A DNA stretch of 64,000 bases, from NCBI GenBank assembly GCA_964562615.1, contig CAZLUD010000002.1, forward strand, positions 89,300 to 153,299, written 5' to 3'. Under the pieces are notes generated by a model. That model saw nothing but the letters and a program-made list of their open reading frames with translations. It did no database searches and had not been told where the DNA came from. The stretch is from an uncultured Candidatus Saccharibacteria bacterium (lineage in GTDB: Bacteria > Patescibacteriota > Minisyncoccia > Phycocordibacterales > UBA12088). The stretch's first letter is position 1. The number at the start of each line of letters is the position of its first letter. This document shows positions 35,785-45,644 of this stretch, one piece after another. The position numbers and the translations under genes were made by a program.

Positions 35785-37899
35785 ATGCTGACATACTATT
35801 TCGTATTATTCTTCCTATTAGCACTTTCTAGTGTCTCGTATCTTATTGCTAAACGATTGCAGGTACCGTATACAGTATTTTTGGTAGTAATAGGAGTGGT
35901 ACTTGGAGCGCTATCTCTTGTTCCAGGATTCGGCTTTTTTACCGAATTTAAGCTCACCCCAGAGTTGCTGTTTTATATCTTCCTTCCGACCCTTATCTTT
36001 GAGTCTGCATATAACATAAACATTAGGCGCGTGATGGAAAACAACACCATCATTTGGCTTTTTGCCATACTCAGTCTAGTGATTAGCGCCGGTGCGATTG
36101 CCTTTTTACTCTCGCTTATATTCCCAGCAATTGGACTAGAGGTGCCATTCATTATATTACTTCTCTTTGGTGCCCTCATCAGTGCCACCGACCCAGTTGC
36201 CGTACTTGCTCTATTTAAAGAATACGGTGCCCCCCGAAGACTCTCACTTATATTTGAAGGAGAATCACTCTTTAATGACGCGACGGCAGTGGCACTGTTC
36301 TTGATCGTCCTTGAAATAGCAATGTTTGGCTACAAGGGAGTAACGTCAATCAGCGAAGGCATGCTCACCTTCTCAACTATGATCGTTGGTGGTATTGCGT
36401 TTGGTTTACTTATGGGAGGGGTGTTTACACGCCTCATCAGCATGACAAAATCAAACGAGATGGTCTCTATTGTGCTAACGGTAGTACTTGCGCACACCAC
36501 ATTCATTTCATCAGAAGCAATTTCTCACTATGCGCATTTTGGTGACTTCCATCTCATTATTTCTTCTATCATCGCTACCACCGTTGCCTCATTGGTTATG
36601 GGCAACTATGGCAGATCTAAAATATCACCTCACGCAGAAGAATTTGTTGAAAAGTTCTGGGGTATTTTTGCGTTCATTGCTAATTCCCTTGTCTTTATCC
36701 TCATTGGTCTTATCTTTGTTGAGCTACCTGCTAACGTACCGTCACTTATTATCCCAATTGGTATCACTATCTTGGTGGTTGCTTTTGCTCGAGCGCTATC
36801 GATTTATCCTGTCGCTGAGGCGTATAATGCATTTGCAAAAGAAGAGAAGAAAGTACCTCGCTCATGGCAGCACCTACTCTCATGGGGGTCACTGCGTGGC
36901 GCGCTTGCAATTACCATGGTGTTGCTTATTCCTTCTGATTTTACTGTTCCTGGTTGGGCGCTTCCTTACTCAGTACAAGAATTTCTTCTTGCGCTTACCG
37001 TTGGTTGTATATTTGCCACCCTCTTTATCAAAGCAACCACCATTAATTACTTCATTAAAAAGCTTGGACTTGATGCCCTTACCGCACTTGAAAAGCTCGA
37101 ATATGCACAAGCTCGTGCGCTTATTCACCGCACAGTACTCGCGCGTCTTGATACCTTTCATGCAAAAGGCTACATAGACGCAAACACGTACACCACTCTC
37201 ACTGAGACACATCGAGGTGACTTTGCTAAATACTGTGCGGATTGTTCAGATACCGACAAGAGCGACCATGCGATCATGGATAGAACGCTCCGTCTTCATG
37301 CGATTGGTATTGAGCGAAAGTATCTAAAGGATCTCTTTGCCTACGACGAAATAACCGAGCCAGTATATAAGCGCATCGCAGGAAAGCTCACCCTACAATT
37401 TGAGGCAATTGAAAAAAATGCCCCTCTTGAAGACCTCTCAAAGTACAAAGATAAGATGGATGTCTTTGAGATAATATCTGATGTATTTCTTAGATTCTTT
37501 GTACCGTGGCGATCTCGAGAGCTTGCCATCGAGGAGCAGTATATGTATTACCGCGCGCAAACTATCATCTCTCGCAAAGTACTTAAAGAACTCGACACCC
37601 TTACTGACGACAAAGAGTCAGAAATGCTACTGTCACTTTCATCTCTTAATGAGGTAAAGAAGATATACGAAACCTTTAAGGATGGCGCAAAGGAAAAAAT
37701 GAGAAACCTTGAGACTGAACACCCAGAAATCATTCACGCGCTCAACACTACCTTAGCAAAAAAGGGTATCGCTAAAGTAGAAGAGCATATTCTTGAAGAG
37801 CTCTCTAGCAAGGAACTTATCACCCCAAAGCTAGTCATAACCATAAAAAATGATCTTGAGCGTGAGGACGCTGAGGCGCATCGCGCGCACGCGGCGTAA
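35785..37899 (+). CDS. Na+/H+ antiporter, CPA1 family
   Basis: FLP.LIFESA, ISATDPVAV, GESLFNDA, W.SLRGA; large cytoplasmic tail. Confidence 0.93.
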   Translation: MLTYYFVLFFLLALSSVSYLIAKRLQVPYTVFLVVIGVVLGALSLVPGFGFFTEFKLTPELLFYIFLPTLIFESAYNINIRRVMENNTIIWLFAILSLVISAGAIAFLLSLIFPAIGLEVPFIILLLFGALISATDPVAVLALFKEYGAPRRLSLIFEGESLFNDATAVALFLIVLEIAMFGYKGVTSISEGMLTFSTMIVGGIAFGLLMGGVFTRLISMTKSNEMVSIVLTVVLAHTTFISSEAISHYAHFGDFHLIISSIIATTVASLVMGNYGRSKISPHAEEFVEKFWGIFAFIANSLVFILIGLIFVELPANVPSLIIPIGITILVVAFARALSIYPVAEAYNAFAKEEKKVPRSWQHLLSWGSLRGALAITMVLLIPSDFTVPGWALPYSVQEFLLALTVGCIFATLFIKATTINYFIKKLGLDALTALEKLEYAQARALIHRTVLARLDTFHAKGYIDANTYTTLTETHRGDFAKYCADCSDTDKSDHAIMDRTLRLHAIGIERKYLKDLFAYDEITEPVYKRIAGKLTLQFEAIEKNAPLEDLSKYKDKMDVFEIISDVFLRFFVPWRSRELAIEEQYMYYRAQTIISRKVLKELDTLTDDKESEMLLSLSSLNEVKKIYETFKDGAKEKMRNLETEHPEIIHALNTTLAKKGIAKVEEHILEELSSKELITPKLVITIKNDLEREDAEAHRAHAA

Positions 37900-37916
37900 C
37901 GTATGTTTATACAGTG

Positions 37917-37945
37917 AGAAAAGCCCGCAGCATGCGGGCTTTTCT
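37917..37945 (+). terminator. Intrinsic terminator
   Basis: AGAAAAGCCCGCA-gca-TGCGGGCTTTTCT. Confidence 0.8.
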
Positions 37946-38185
37946 ATTGCTTGACAGGTGGTCAAAAACACTATAAAAGTATTTTATGGATCGAATATAT
38001 CCACAACCATATACAGATTGCCGAGCGAATATGTGGGCGCGAGCTATTTCCTATGCTGGAATGCTCTCTATTACCCTACTATCGCTTTGTTTGGCTGTGG
38101 CTATTCAATCTCTCTCCTATCTATAACGAGCATTGAATCTCTAAAGCTGAACAAATGCCTGTTCAGCTACATGGAGCTCTTTGAT

Positions 38186-38746
38186 ATGACAACCATCAGC
38201 GCTACTCCTTGCGAGCCTCGTATTGTGTTCCTTAGTGGGTCAAAGATAGACCTTGTCATCATAGAAAAACGGGATGCCCGTACACTGACTACGTACATGA
38301 ATGATCCAGAGGTAAATCGGTATCTACTACGATACATGCCTCTCCATGTGCAAGAAGAGGAAACATGGATACAGTCCATGACAGAAAGAAAAAATGGGCT
38401 TGTCCTCGGAATAGTAAGAAAGGAGGAAACCACACTTATTGGCACCACTAGCTTGGGGTGGAAGAAAGACAATAGAGATCGCACCGCAAGCTTTGGGCTT
38501 ATGATTGGCGACAAAAATGCATGGGGTAAGGGGTACGGCACTGAAGCAACCTCACGTATGCTTGCCTACGCATTCAACACCGCAGATCTACGAGGTGTAG
38601 AATTGTGTCTGTACAGCTCAAACACAGCAGCTAAAAAAGTGTATGAGAAGTGTGGGTTTGTTGAAATTGGAAGATTGCGTAACTGGTTATATAGTTCACC
38701 AACTACCTACGACGATGAGGTACTCATGGTGTGTATGCGTCCATAA
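38186..38746 (+). CDS. GNAT family N-acetyltransferase (RimJ/RimL-like)
   Basis: WGKGYGTEA acetyl-CoA motif, N..A...YEKCGF; start moved to ATG 38186 (GGAG upstream). Confidence 0.9.
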   Translation: MTTISATPCEPRIVFLSGSKIDLVIIEKRDARTLTTYMNDPEVNRYLLRYMPLHVQEEETWIQSMTERKNGLVLGIVRKEETTLIGTTSLGWKKDNRDRTASFGLMIGDKNAWGKGYGTEATSRMLAYAFNTADLRGVELCLYSSNTAAKKVYEKCGFVEIGRLRNWLYSSPTTYDDEVLMVCMRP

Positions 38747-38755
38747 TACTGGACG

Positions 38756-38784
38756 CAAAAGGGGGCGCATAGCGCCCCCTTTTG
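38756..38784. terminator. Bidirectional terminator
   Basis: CAAAAGGGGGCGC-ata-GCGCCCCCTTTTG between convergent genes. Confidence 0.8.
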
Positions 38785-38802
38785 TATTGCTATATTTGTA
38801 TC

Positions 38803-40107
38803 CTAGTAACTCCTTAATTGCTTTGATCCGTCGTGTGCGCGTATCTTTTCGATTGCCTTTGCCTCAATCTGTCTGATACGCTCACGGGTAACACCGAACT
38901 CTTTACCCACCTCTTCAAGCGTGTGGTAAATACCGTCTTCAAGTCCATGACGCATTTCAAGAATCTTACGTTCCTTAGGAGAGAGGTCATCGAGGATACT
39001 TCGAATTTGCTCCGCTAGAATGTTGTGTGCAGTTTCTTGATCTGGAGACTGTATCTTATCGTCAGCAATAAAGTCACCTAGTACCGATCTATCATCATCA
39101 CCATCCCCTACTGGTGATTCAAGGGACACGGTTGTCTGGTCAATTTTTTCAATGGTATGAATCTTTTCAACTTCAAGTCCCATTTCATCAGCAATCTCTT
39201 CAGGCATAGGGTCCCTTCCCAAGTCTTGAGAGAGACGTCTAAATACCTGCTTGTATTTTGCAATGGTTTCTACCATGTGTACTGGTATACGGATAGTGCG
39301 TGATTGGTCTGCAAGCGCTCTTGTTATAGCTTGTCTAATCCACCATGTTGCATAGGTAGAAAATTTGTATCCCTTTGTGTAGTCAAATTTATCTACTGCC
39401 TTAAAGAGACCAAGGTTTCCCTCTTGAATAAGGTCAAGCAGAGTAAGATCTGCCGATCGTCCAATGTACTTTTTTGCGATAGACACCACAAGACGAAGGT
39501 TGGCTCTTGCGAGAAGATTTTTAGCATCAATGTCACCATCCATCACTCGTTTTGCTAGCTCACGCTCTTCTGAAACATTAAGTAGAGGATACTGTCCAAT
39601 CTCTCTTAGATACATCTGAATAGAGTCGTATGAAGAATCACTTCCTCCTTTGTAGGTATTCTTTTTATCAAGCAGATCATCTGATACTGAATCGTCGAGA
39701 ATATTTCCGCCTTCAAGCACGTCAATGCCTGACGTGCTGAATTTCTCATACAAGGTTTCAAGAAAGACTACATCTTCTTCTATACGAGGAAATACTTGCA
39801 AAATCTGGTCGAAAGTAACGTACCCGCGCTCATTTCCTTTCTCAACCAGCTTTTGCGCCTTTACCTCCATTTCTGCCTCGCTTTTTGATGGCGCACCCTT
39901 TTTCTTTGGAACGACAATATTTTGTATCTCCCGTTTTTGTAGTCCTTTTGTTCGTACTACTGGCTTTGGTGCTGGTTTAGCGGAGGTGTTCTTTTTTACC
40001 ACCTTTGTGGTGACCTTCTTTTTTGGTGCTACTTTTTTTGAAACTGGCTTTTTAGGCATTTTCTTTGCCTTAGTTACTGCTTTTTTTGCGGGTCGTTTTT
40101 GTATCAT
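38803..40107 (-). CDS. rpoD: Primary sigma factor RpoD
   Basis: [52 protein letters not shown]. Confidence 0.95.
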   Translation of the reverse strand: MIQKRPAKKAVTKAKKMPKKPVSKKVAPKKKVTTKVVKKNTSAKPAPKPVVRTKGLQKREIQNIVVPKKKGAPSKSEAEMEVKAQKLVEKGNERGYVTFDQILQVFPRIEEDVVFLETLYEKFSTSGIDVLEGGNILDDSVSDDLLDKKNTYKGGSDSSYDSIQMYLREIGQYPLLNVSEERELAKRVMDGDIDAKNLLARANLRLVVSIAKKYIGRSADLTLLDLIQEGNLGLFKAVDKFDYTKGYKFSTYATWWIRQAITRALADQSRTIRIPVHMVETIAKYKQVFRRLSQDLGRDPMPEEIADEMGLEVEKIHTIEKIDQTTVSLESPVGDGDDDRSVLGDFIADDKIQSPDQETAHNILAEQIRSILDDLSPKERKILEMRHGLEDGIYHTLEEVGKEFGVTRERIRQIEAKAIEKIRAHDGSKQLRSY

Positions 40108-40117
40108 AAAAATGTTA

Positions 40118-41881
40118 TTACTTACGAGTAAGTGACTCTAACTCGGTAAGCTCCTTGGTTAGTTGATGTAGCGTTGATAGTAATGTTGCTTGCTTCTCTT
40201 GATCCCCTTCTTCTTCCGCAAGGCGTAATGCCTTTGATACATCAAAAAATGTATCCTTGATTGTTACTAATCGTAAATCATATACCGCATCTTTGACAAG
40301 CGCCACCTTGTGCATCGTACCTTCTAGCATCATTTCTATCTCAAAAGGAAGTGCTCTATCATCGCTATACCTACTAAGTAATTCTTGCACGGATGTTCCC
40401 TTGAGCGCCATCGTGACATCAGTAGTGAGAGAGTCATACTGTATGTCCTTATCAACCTGTGCTCGAAGTAAGAATCCCGCTACCACCCTCTCAAGTCCAG
40501 CGCGCCGAGTGATAATGTGTACGTCCTTCTCAATTTCAGCACCCTGCGCATCCTCAGTATGCTGATCACTAAATGACTTTTGTTGGCGAATTGTTTCAAC
40601 CTCCTCGTACACCGTATCATTATGCAGACGTGCAAATTCAGACACCTCTCTTGCAATAAGCGACCTGTCCATACTATTGGGCATCGATGCAATAAGCGGA
40701 AGTACCTGTTCTCGTAAATTGCGCACCAACGCTTGTTCATTTTTTGTACCTACTTTTGCATTGTGCATAGCAAACGTAATAAGTGGCACCGCTTCCCTTA
40801 TTGCCTTTCTCCAATCATCAACGTTACCCCGTATCATATCTGCAGGATCAACCCCCATTGGTAGTACGGCAACCTTCACGTCCATTCCTCGTTTAAGCGC
40901 CAATATCCCTGCCTTATGCGTAGAGGCAATACCCGCACTATCCGCATCAAAGGCAAGCACCACCTTTTTAGTCATTCTGCTTACTACATCCATATGCTCA
41001 TTAGTAAGTCCCGTACCAGAAACCGCAACGGCACTCGTATACCCACTTTGATGTGACAGCACAAGATCCATCTGTCCTTCTACTAAAATAGCGAAGTCAT
41101 GCTTTCGCATTGCCTGCTTTGCTTTATCAATACCATACAACAGTGACGACTTGTGATATAACGGCGTCTCTGGACTATTTAGATATTTAGGAGAGAGCCC
41201 ACTTGTATCATTTGGAAAAAGCCTGCCTGAAAACCCCACCACGCGACCCGATACATCCTTTAGTGGAAACATGATCCTTGATCTAAATCGATCATACGGT
41301 GTACCTGTTGGTGATTCGTCCTTTCTCTTAATGAGTCCAACACGTTCTATTTCGTGCGGTTCAAACCCCTCCTTGAGTAGCGCATCATACATGAATGTCC
41401 ATCCTTTCTTTTTAGGATCAGGAGCGTATCCAATACCCCACGCGAGTATGGTTTCTGGAGTACACCCTCGGCTCTCGATATACGCCATAGCGTCAGGCGT
41501 ATGCGTGAGCTCTTGTGCGTAGATGGCAGCTGCACGCTCTAGCACTCGAAAGAGACGCTCTCGTGAATTCTTATCTTCCTTAAGTTCGTTGGTTAGGGTA
41601 ATACCCGCTCTTTCAGCAAGTAATCGAAGTGCTCCTTGAAAATCCACCCTCTCCATCTCTTCGATAAAGGTAAATATGTCTCCTCCTTTATTGGTTGAAA
41701 AGCAATAGTACATACCTTTATCAGGAGACACGTAGAAAGAGGGTGTCTTTTCTTTCTTGAAAGGAGACAATCCTTTGTATGACCTTCCCGCCTTTGTAAG
41801 ACGCACATACGAACCAATGAGTTCGACTATGTCTACCCTGTCTTTTATTTGCTGAACAGCATCAAGCGACATATGTATCAC
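40118..41881 (-). CDS. dnaG: DNA primase
   Basis: [35 protein letters not shown] and D.D.AG; Zn-finger ligands partly degenerate. Confidence 0.96.
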   Translation of the reverse strand: MIHMSLDAVQQIKDRVDIVELIGSYVRLTKAGRSYKGLSPFKKEKTPSFYVSPDKGMYYCFSTNKGGDIFTFIEEMERVDFQGALRLLAERAGITLTNELKEDKNSRERLFRVLERAAAIYAQELTHTPDAMAYIESRGCTPETILAWGIGYAPDPKKKGWTFMYDALLKEGFEPHEIERVGLIKRKDESPTGTPYDRFRSRIMFPLKDVSGRVVGFSGRLFPNDTSGLSPKYLNSPETPLYHKSSLLYGIDKAKQAMRKHDFAILVEGQMDLVLSHQSGYTSAVAVSGTGLTNEHMDVVSRMTKKVVLAFDADSAGIASTHKAGILALKRGMDVKVAVLPMGVDPADMIRGNVDDWRKAIREAVPLITFAMHNAKVGTKNEQALVRNLREQVLPLIASMPNSMDRSLIAREVSEFARLHNDTVYEEVETIRQQKSFSDQHTEDAQGAEIEKDVHIITRRAGLERVVAGFLLRAQVDKDIQYDSLTTDVTMALKGTSVQELLSRYSDDRALPFEIEMMLEGTMHKVALVKDAVYDLRLVTIKDTFFDVSKALRLAEEEGDQEKQATLLSTLHQLTKELTELESLTRK

Positions 41882-41923
41882 CCCTCTTAGGGGTACGTGT
41901 TATACAGCGAGGCAAGGAATACA

Positions 41924-44900
41924 TTATTCGGTGATTTCCTTTACCGAATGAGTTACCTCTACATTTTCATCAAACACATCAGTTGAGTCTAAACGAGCCT
42001 GTAGCGATTTAATTGCACCTTGCTTCTTGCTACCAGCAAATCCAGTACCTGCAGGGATGAGGCGTCCAATGATAACGTTTTCTTTAAGACCCTTTAGATC
42101 GTCTTGTGATCCTCTTACTGCTGCGTTAATGAGTATGCGTGGTGTGTGTTGGAATGATGCCGCTGAGAGGAAGCTCTTTCTGGTAAGCGATACTTCGGTG
42201 ATACCAAGCACGAGCGGTTCATATGTTGCTGCTCGTAGTCCCTCTTTCTCGGCTTCGGTGTTAAGTACCTCTATTTCCCAATCTTCAACAATGTCACCAA
42301 CGTTAAGCGCTACATCACCTGCATCTTTAACCTTTACACGAGAGAACATCTGCTTTACCACTACCTCGATATGCTTTCGTGAAATAAACACACCCTGTAG
42401 CTCGTAAATCTTTGTAGTTTCTTGAATGATATATTCTTGTGCGAGCTCTTTGCCTCCGTATTTGTATAGCTCAGAAATATCCGCAGAACCGTCAGTGATA
42501 AGTTGTCCTTTTTTGACCTCATCGCCAACTTTAACCAAGATCATACGCCTAAAGTGTACGCTGTATTCAATTGGCTTTTTGTTTTTGGGAGCGTGTTTGT
42601 CACCGATTTCTGGTGTCACAACAATCACTCGCTCACCTCCTTCATTTTTTATTTCAGTAACAACACCTGCAGTTTTTGATACAGTAGCAGGATTCTTTGG
42701 TGCGCGTCGTTCAAATACCTCTTCCACACGAGGAAGACCTTGGGTGATGTCACCACCAACACTTGATACTCCTCCGGTATGGAAGGTACGCATAGTAAGC
42801 TGTGTACCCGGCTCACCAATAGCTTGCGCTGCAACCGTACCTACCGCTTCTCCAAGATCAATAAGCTCTTGCGTTGTAAGGTCAATACCGTAGCAGTGCT
42901 GACAGACACCATAGAGTGTCTTACAGCTCATTGGTGATCGAACAGTTACCTCAGAAATTCCTGACTCCTCGATTTTTGCTGCATCAACCGTAGTTACCAA
43001 ATGACCACGCTTGTACGTAGTACCATCAGCAAGCGTGAGGTCTGTTGCCAAGAATCTTCCAGAAATACTCTTTGCAAGTGCAATTTCAATTCCTGAAGCT
43101 CCCTTCTTTGAGATGCGCACACCAGTCTTTACTCCACAATCTACCTCTGAAACAATTGCATTTTGTGCGACGTCGAAGAGTTTTCGAGTAAGGTAACCAG
43201 CGGCAGCAGTCTTGAGCGCGGTATCAGCTAGACCCTTTCGCGCACCGTGAGTGGTGGTGAAGTATTCAATAGGAGAAAGTCCTTCTTTCATTGAGGCAAT
43301 AACGGGGAACTCAATAATTTCTCCACTTGTTGACTGCATGAGTCCCTTCATACCTGCCATCTGTGTGATCTGTCCCATAGAACCTCTCGCTCCTGAGACA
43401 ACAAGGTCGTGTACTGATCCGTTTGGATCAAGTGCCCCTGGCATGTGCTTTTCAATTTCTCCCTTTGCATGTTGCCAGATTTCAATAGAGAGACGCTTTC
43501 GCTCTTCTCGCGAGAGAAGACCCTCATTGAATTGACTCATGATAAGTCGTTGCTTTTCAAAGCCTTCATTGATGATGCCTTCCTTTTCTTTTGGTACGAC
43601 AAGATCGTCAACGCTGAAGGTGATACCAGACTTGGTTGCATAGTAAAAGCCGAATGCTTTTATTTTGTCGATAATTTCAGGAATCTTATCAAGTCCGTAC
43701 TTTTCGATTAGCTTATCGGTAAGCTTTGGTAGCATTCCCTTCTTCATTTCTTCGTTCACGTACGGGAAGTCCTTAGGAAGTACGCTATTGAAAAGTAGTC
43801 TTCCTACTGTTGTTTCAAATAGCTTTCCTTCGTACACACTGTATTTTGGCGAATCAGTTGGAAGTACTTTTATCTTTGCTCTAAATCCAACAATGTCGTA
43901 GTCGTATGCGCTGATTGCCTCATTAGGACTTGAGAAGTATTTTCCTTCACCCTTTTCTCCGTTTACATCTTTCGTCATCCAGTATGAACCAAGCACGATG
44001 TCTTTATCGAGTGCAATAACGGGCGCTCCTGATCCTGGCTTGAGAATGTTTTTTCGAGCAGAAATGATATTTGCTGCTTCCCATTGTGCCTCTTCTGAGA
44101 GTGGTACGTGTACCGCCATCTGGTCGCCGTCGAAGTCTGCATTGAATGCAGGACATACCTGTGGGTGAAGACGGATAGCATTTCCTTCAATAAGGATAGG
44201 ACGGAAGGCTTGGATACTTTGTCGGTGCAGGGTAGGTGCGCGGTTAAGTAGTACGTGTTTGTCCTTGATTACATTTTCAAGAATAGCCCACACTTCTGGC
44301 TCACCTTCCTCTATAAGACGACCTGCGCCACGAATGTTGTACGCAAGCTCGCGCTTTAGAAGTTCTGCAATGATAAATGGGCGGAAGAGCTCAAGCGCCA
44401 TATGCTTTGGCAAACCACATTCATCAAGGTGAAGCTCTGGACCTACCACAATTACTGATCGTCCAGAATAGTCAACACGCTTACCAAGAAGGTTTTGTCT
44501 GAAGTATCCTTGCTTTCCTCGTAGATAATCAGAAAGTGATTTTAGTGGGCGGCGCTGTGCGGTGTTTGCAGCAGCCTGCTGTGAACCATGGCGAATAGAG
44601 TTATCAAGCAATGCATCTACTGCTTCTTGCAAAATACGCTTTTCGTTTCGGAGAATAACTTCAGGCGCATGAATATCAATGAGTTTGCGCAAGCGATTAT
44701 TTCTGTTGATTACTCTTCTGTAGAGGTCGTTTACATCGCTTGTTGCGTGACGTCCACCTTCTAGTGGAACCATAGGACGCAAGCCCGGTGGCATAACCGG
44801 AAGTGTCGTAAGAAACATCCATTCAGGACGAATCTTTGCCTTTATCATTGACCTTACAAGAGACAGTCTTTTTTCAATCTTGCTTCGCTCTGCTGCACCG

Positions 44901-45631
44901 GCTGTTTCTCGCTCCTTTTCAAGCTCATCTCGAAGGATTTCAAGATTGATACCTTTAAATATATTATAGATAGCATCAGCACCAATACCCGCCTCAAAAA
45001 CGGTACCAAACTTTACGCTGTAGCGGTGATACATCGCCTCATCAAGCACAAGCCCCGGTCGAAGACTTTCAAGGTCTTGCTTTACCGCGCTAAAGAGATC
45101 CTTTAGTTTTTTCTTTTCTTGTTCTGTTGCAGACTTAACCTTTGTTTTGTATTCAGTATCAATTTCTCTAAGGACTCGGTCTTTTTCTGATGCGTGAATG
45201 TTGGTCACGATATAACCAGCAAAGTACACAACTTTTTCAATTTCAGCAGCAGACGCACCAAGAATCATGGCAACACGAGAAGGAATACTTCTGAGGAACC
45301 AAATGTGCGCTACTGGTGTTGATAGCTCGATGTGTCCCATTCGCTCACGACGAACAATAGATCGAGTAAGCTCGACTCCGCATCTATCGCACACAATACC
45401 CTTGTAGCGAATGCCTTTATACTTTTGGCAGAAACACTCAAAGTCACGCTCTGGTCCGAAGATTTTTTCATCAAACAGACCGTTTTTTTCTGAGCGCTGT
45501 GTTCTATAGTTAATGGTTTCAGGTTTAGTAACCTCTCCAAATGACCATTCACGAATTCTTTCAGGTGAAGCAAGGGTAAGTACTACCTTGTCGAAATCAT
45601 GTGAGTCTATGGTTTTTTTGTCTTGATTCAT
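41924..45631 (-). CDS. rpoC: RNA polymerase beta' subunit
   Basis: KPETINYRT, NADFDGDQM, GEPGTQLTMRTFH. Confidence 0.99.
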   Translation of the reverse strand: MNQDKKTIDSHDFDKVVLTLASPERIREWSFGEVTKPETINYRTQRSEKNGLFDEKIFGPERDFECFCQKYKGIRYKGIVCDRCGVELTRSIVRRERMGHIELSTPVAHIWFLRSIPSRVAMILGASAAEIEKVVYFAGYIVTNIHASEKDRVLREIDTEYKTKVKSATEQEKKKLKDLFSAVKQDLESLRPGLVLDEAMYHRYSVKFGTVFEAGIGADAIYNIFKGINLEILRDELEKERETAGAAERSKIEKRLSLVRSMIKAKIRPEWMFLTTLPVMPPGLRPMVPLEGGRHATSDVNDLYRRVINRNNRLRKLIDIHAPEVILRNEKRILQEAVDALLDNSIRHGSQQAAANTAQRRPLKSLSDYLRGKQGYFRQNLLGKRVDYSGRSVIVVGPELHLDECGLPKHMALELFRPFIIAELLKRELAYNIRGAGRLIEEGEPEVWAILENVIKDKHVLLNRAPTLHRQSIQAFRPILIEGNAIRLHPQVCPAFNADFDGDQMAVHVPLSEEAQWEAANIISARKNILKPGSGAPVIALDKDIVLGSYWMTKDVNGEKGEGKYFSSPNEAISAYDYDIVGFRAKIKVLPTDSPKYSVYEGKLFETTVGRLLFNSVLPKDFPYVNEEMKKGMLPKLTDKLIEKYGLDKIPEIIDKIKAFGFYYATKSGITFSVDDLVVPKEKEGIINEGFEKQRLIMSQFNEGLLSREERKRLSIEIWQHAKGEIEKHMPGALDPNGSVHDLVVSGARGSMGQITQMAGMKGLMQSTSGEIIEFPVIASMKEGLSPIEYFTTTHGARKGLADTALKTAAAGYLTRKLFDVAQNAIVSEVDCGVKTGVRISKKGASGIEIALAKSISGRFLATDLTLADGTTYKRGHLVTTVDAAKIEESGISEVTVRSPMSCKTLYGVCQHCYGIDLTTQELIDLGEAVGTVAAQAIGEPGTQLTMRTFHTGGVSSVGGDITQGLPRVEEVFERRAPKNPATVSKTAGVVTEIKNEGGERVIVVTPEIGDKHAPKNKKPIEYSVHFRRMILVKVGDEVKKGQLITDGSADISELYKYGGKELAQEYIIQETTKIYELQGVFISRKHIEVVVKQMFSRVKVKDAGDVALNVGDIVEDWEIEVLNTEAEKEGLRAATYEPLVLGITEVSLTRKSFLSAASFQHTPRILINAAVRGSQDDLKGLKENVIIGRLIPAGTGFAGSKKQGAIKSLQARLDSTDVFDENVEVTHSVKEITE

Positions 45632-45644
45632 AGTAGTGATTCGA

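Noticed and set aside
37958-38185. N-terminal 76-aa extension of the GNAT ORF
   Set aside because: GNAT homology starts near 38186 with GGAG upstream; the extension looks like promoter/leader sequence
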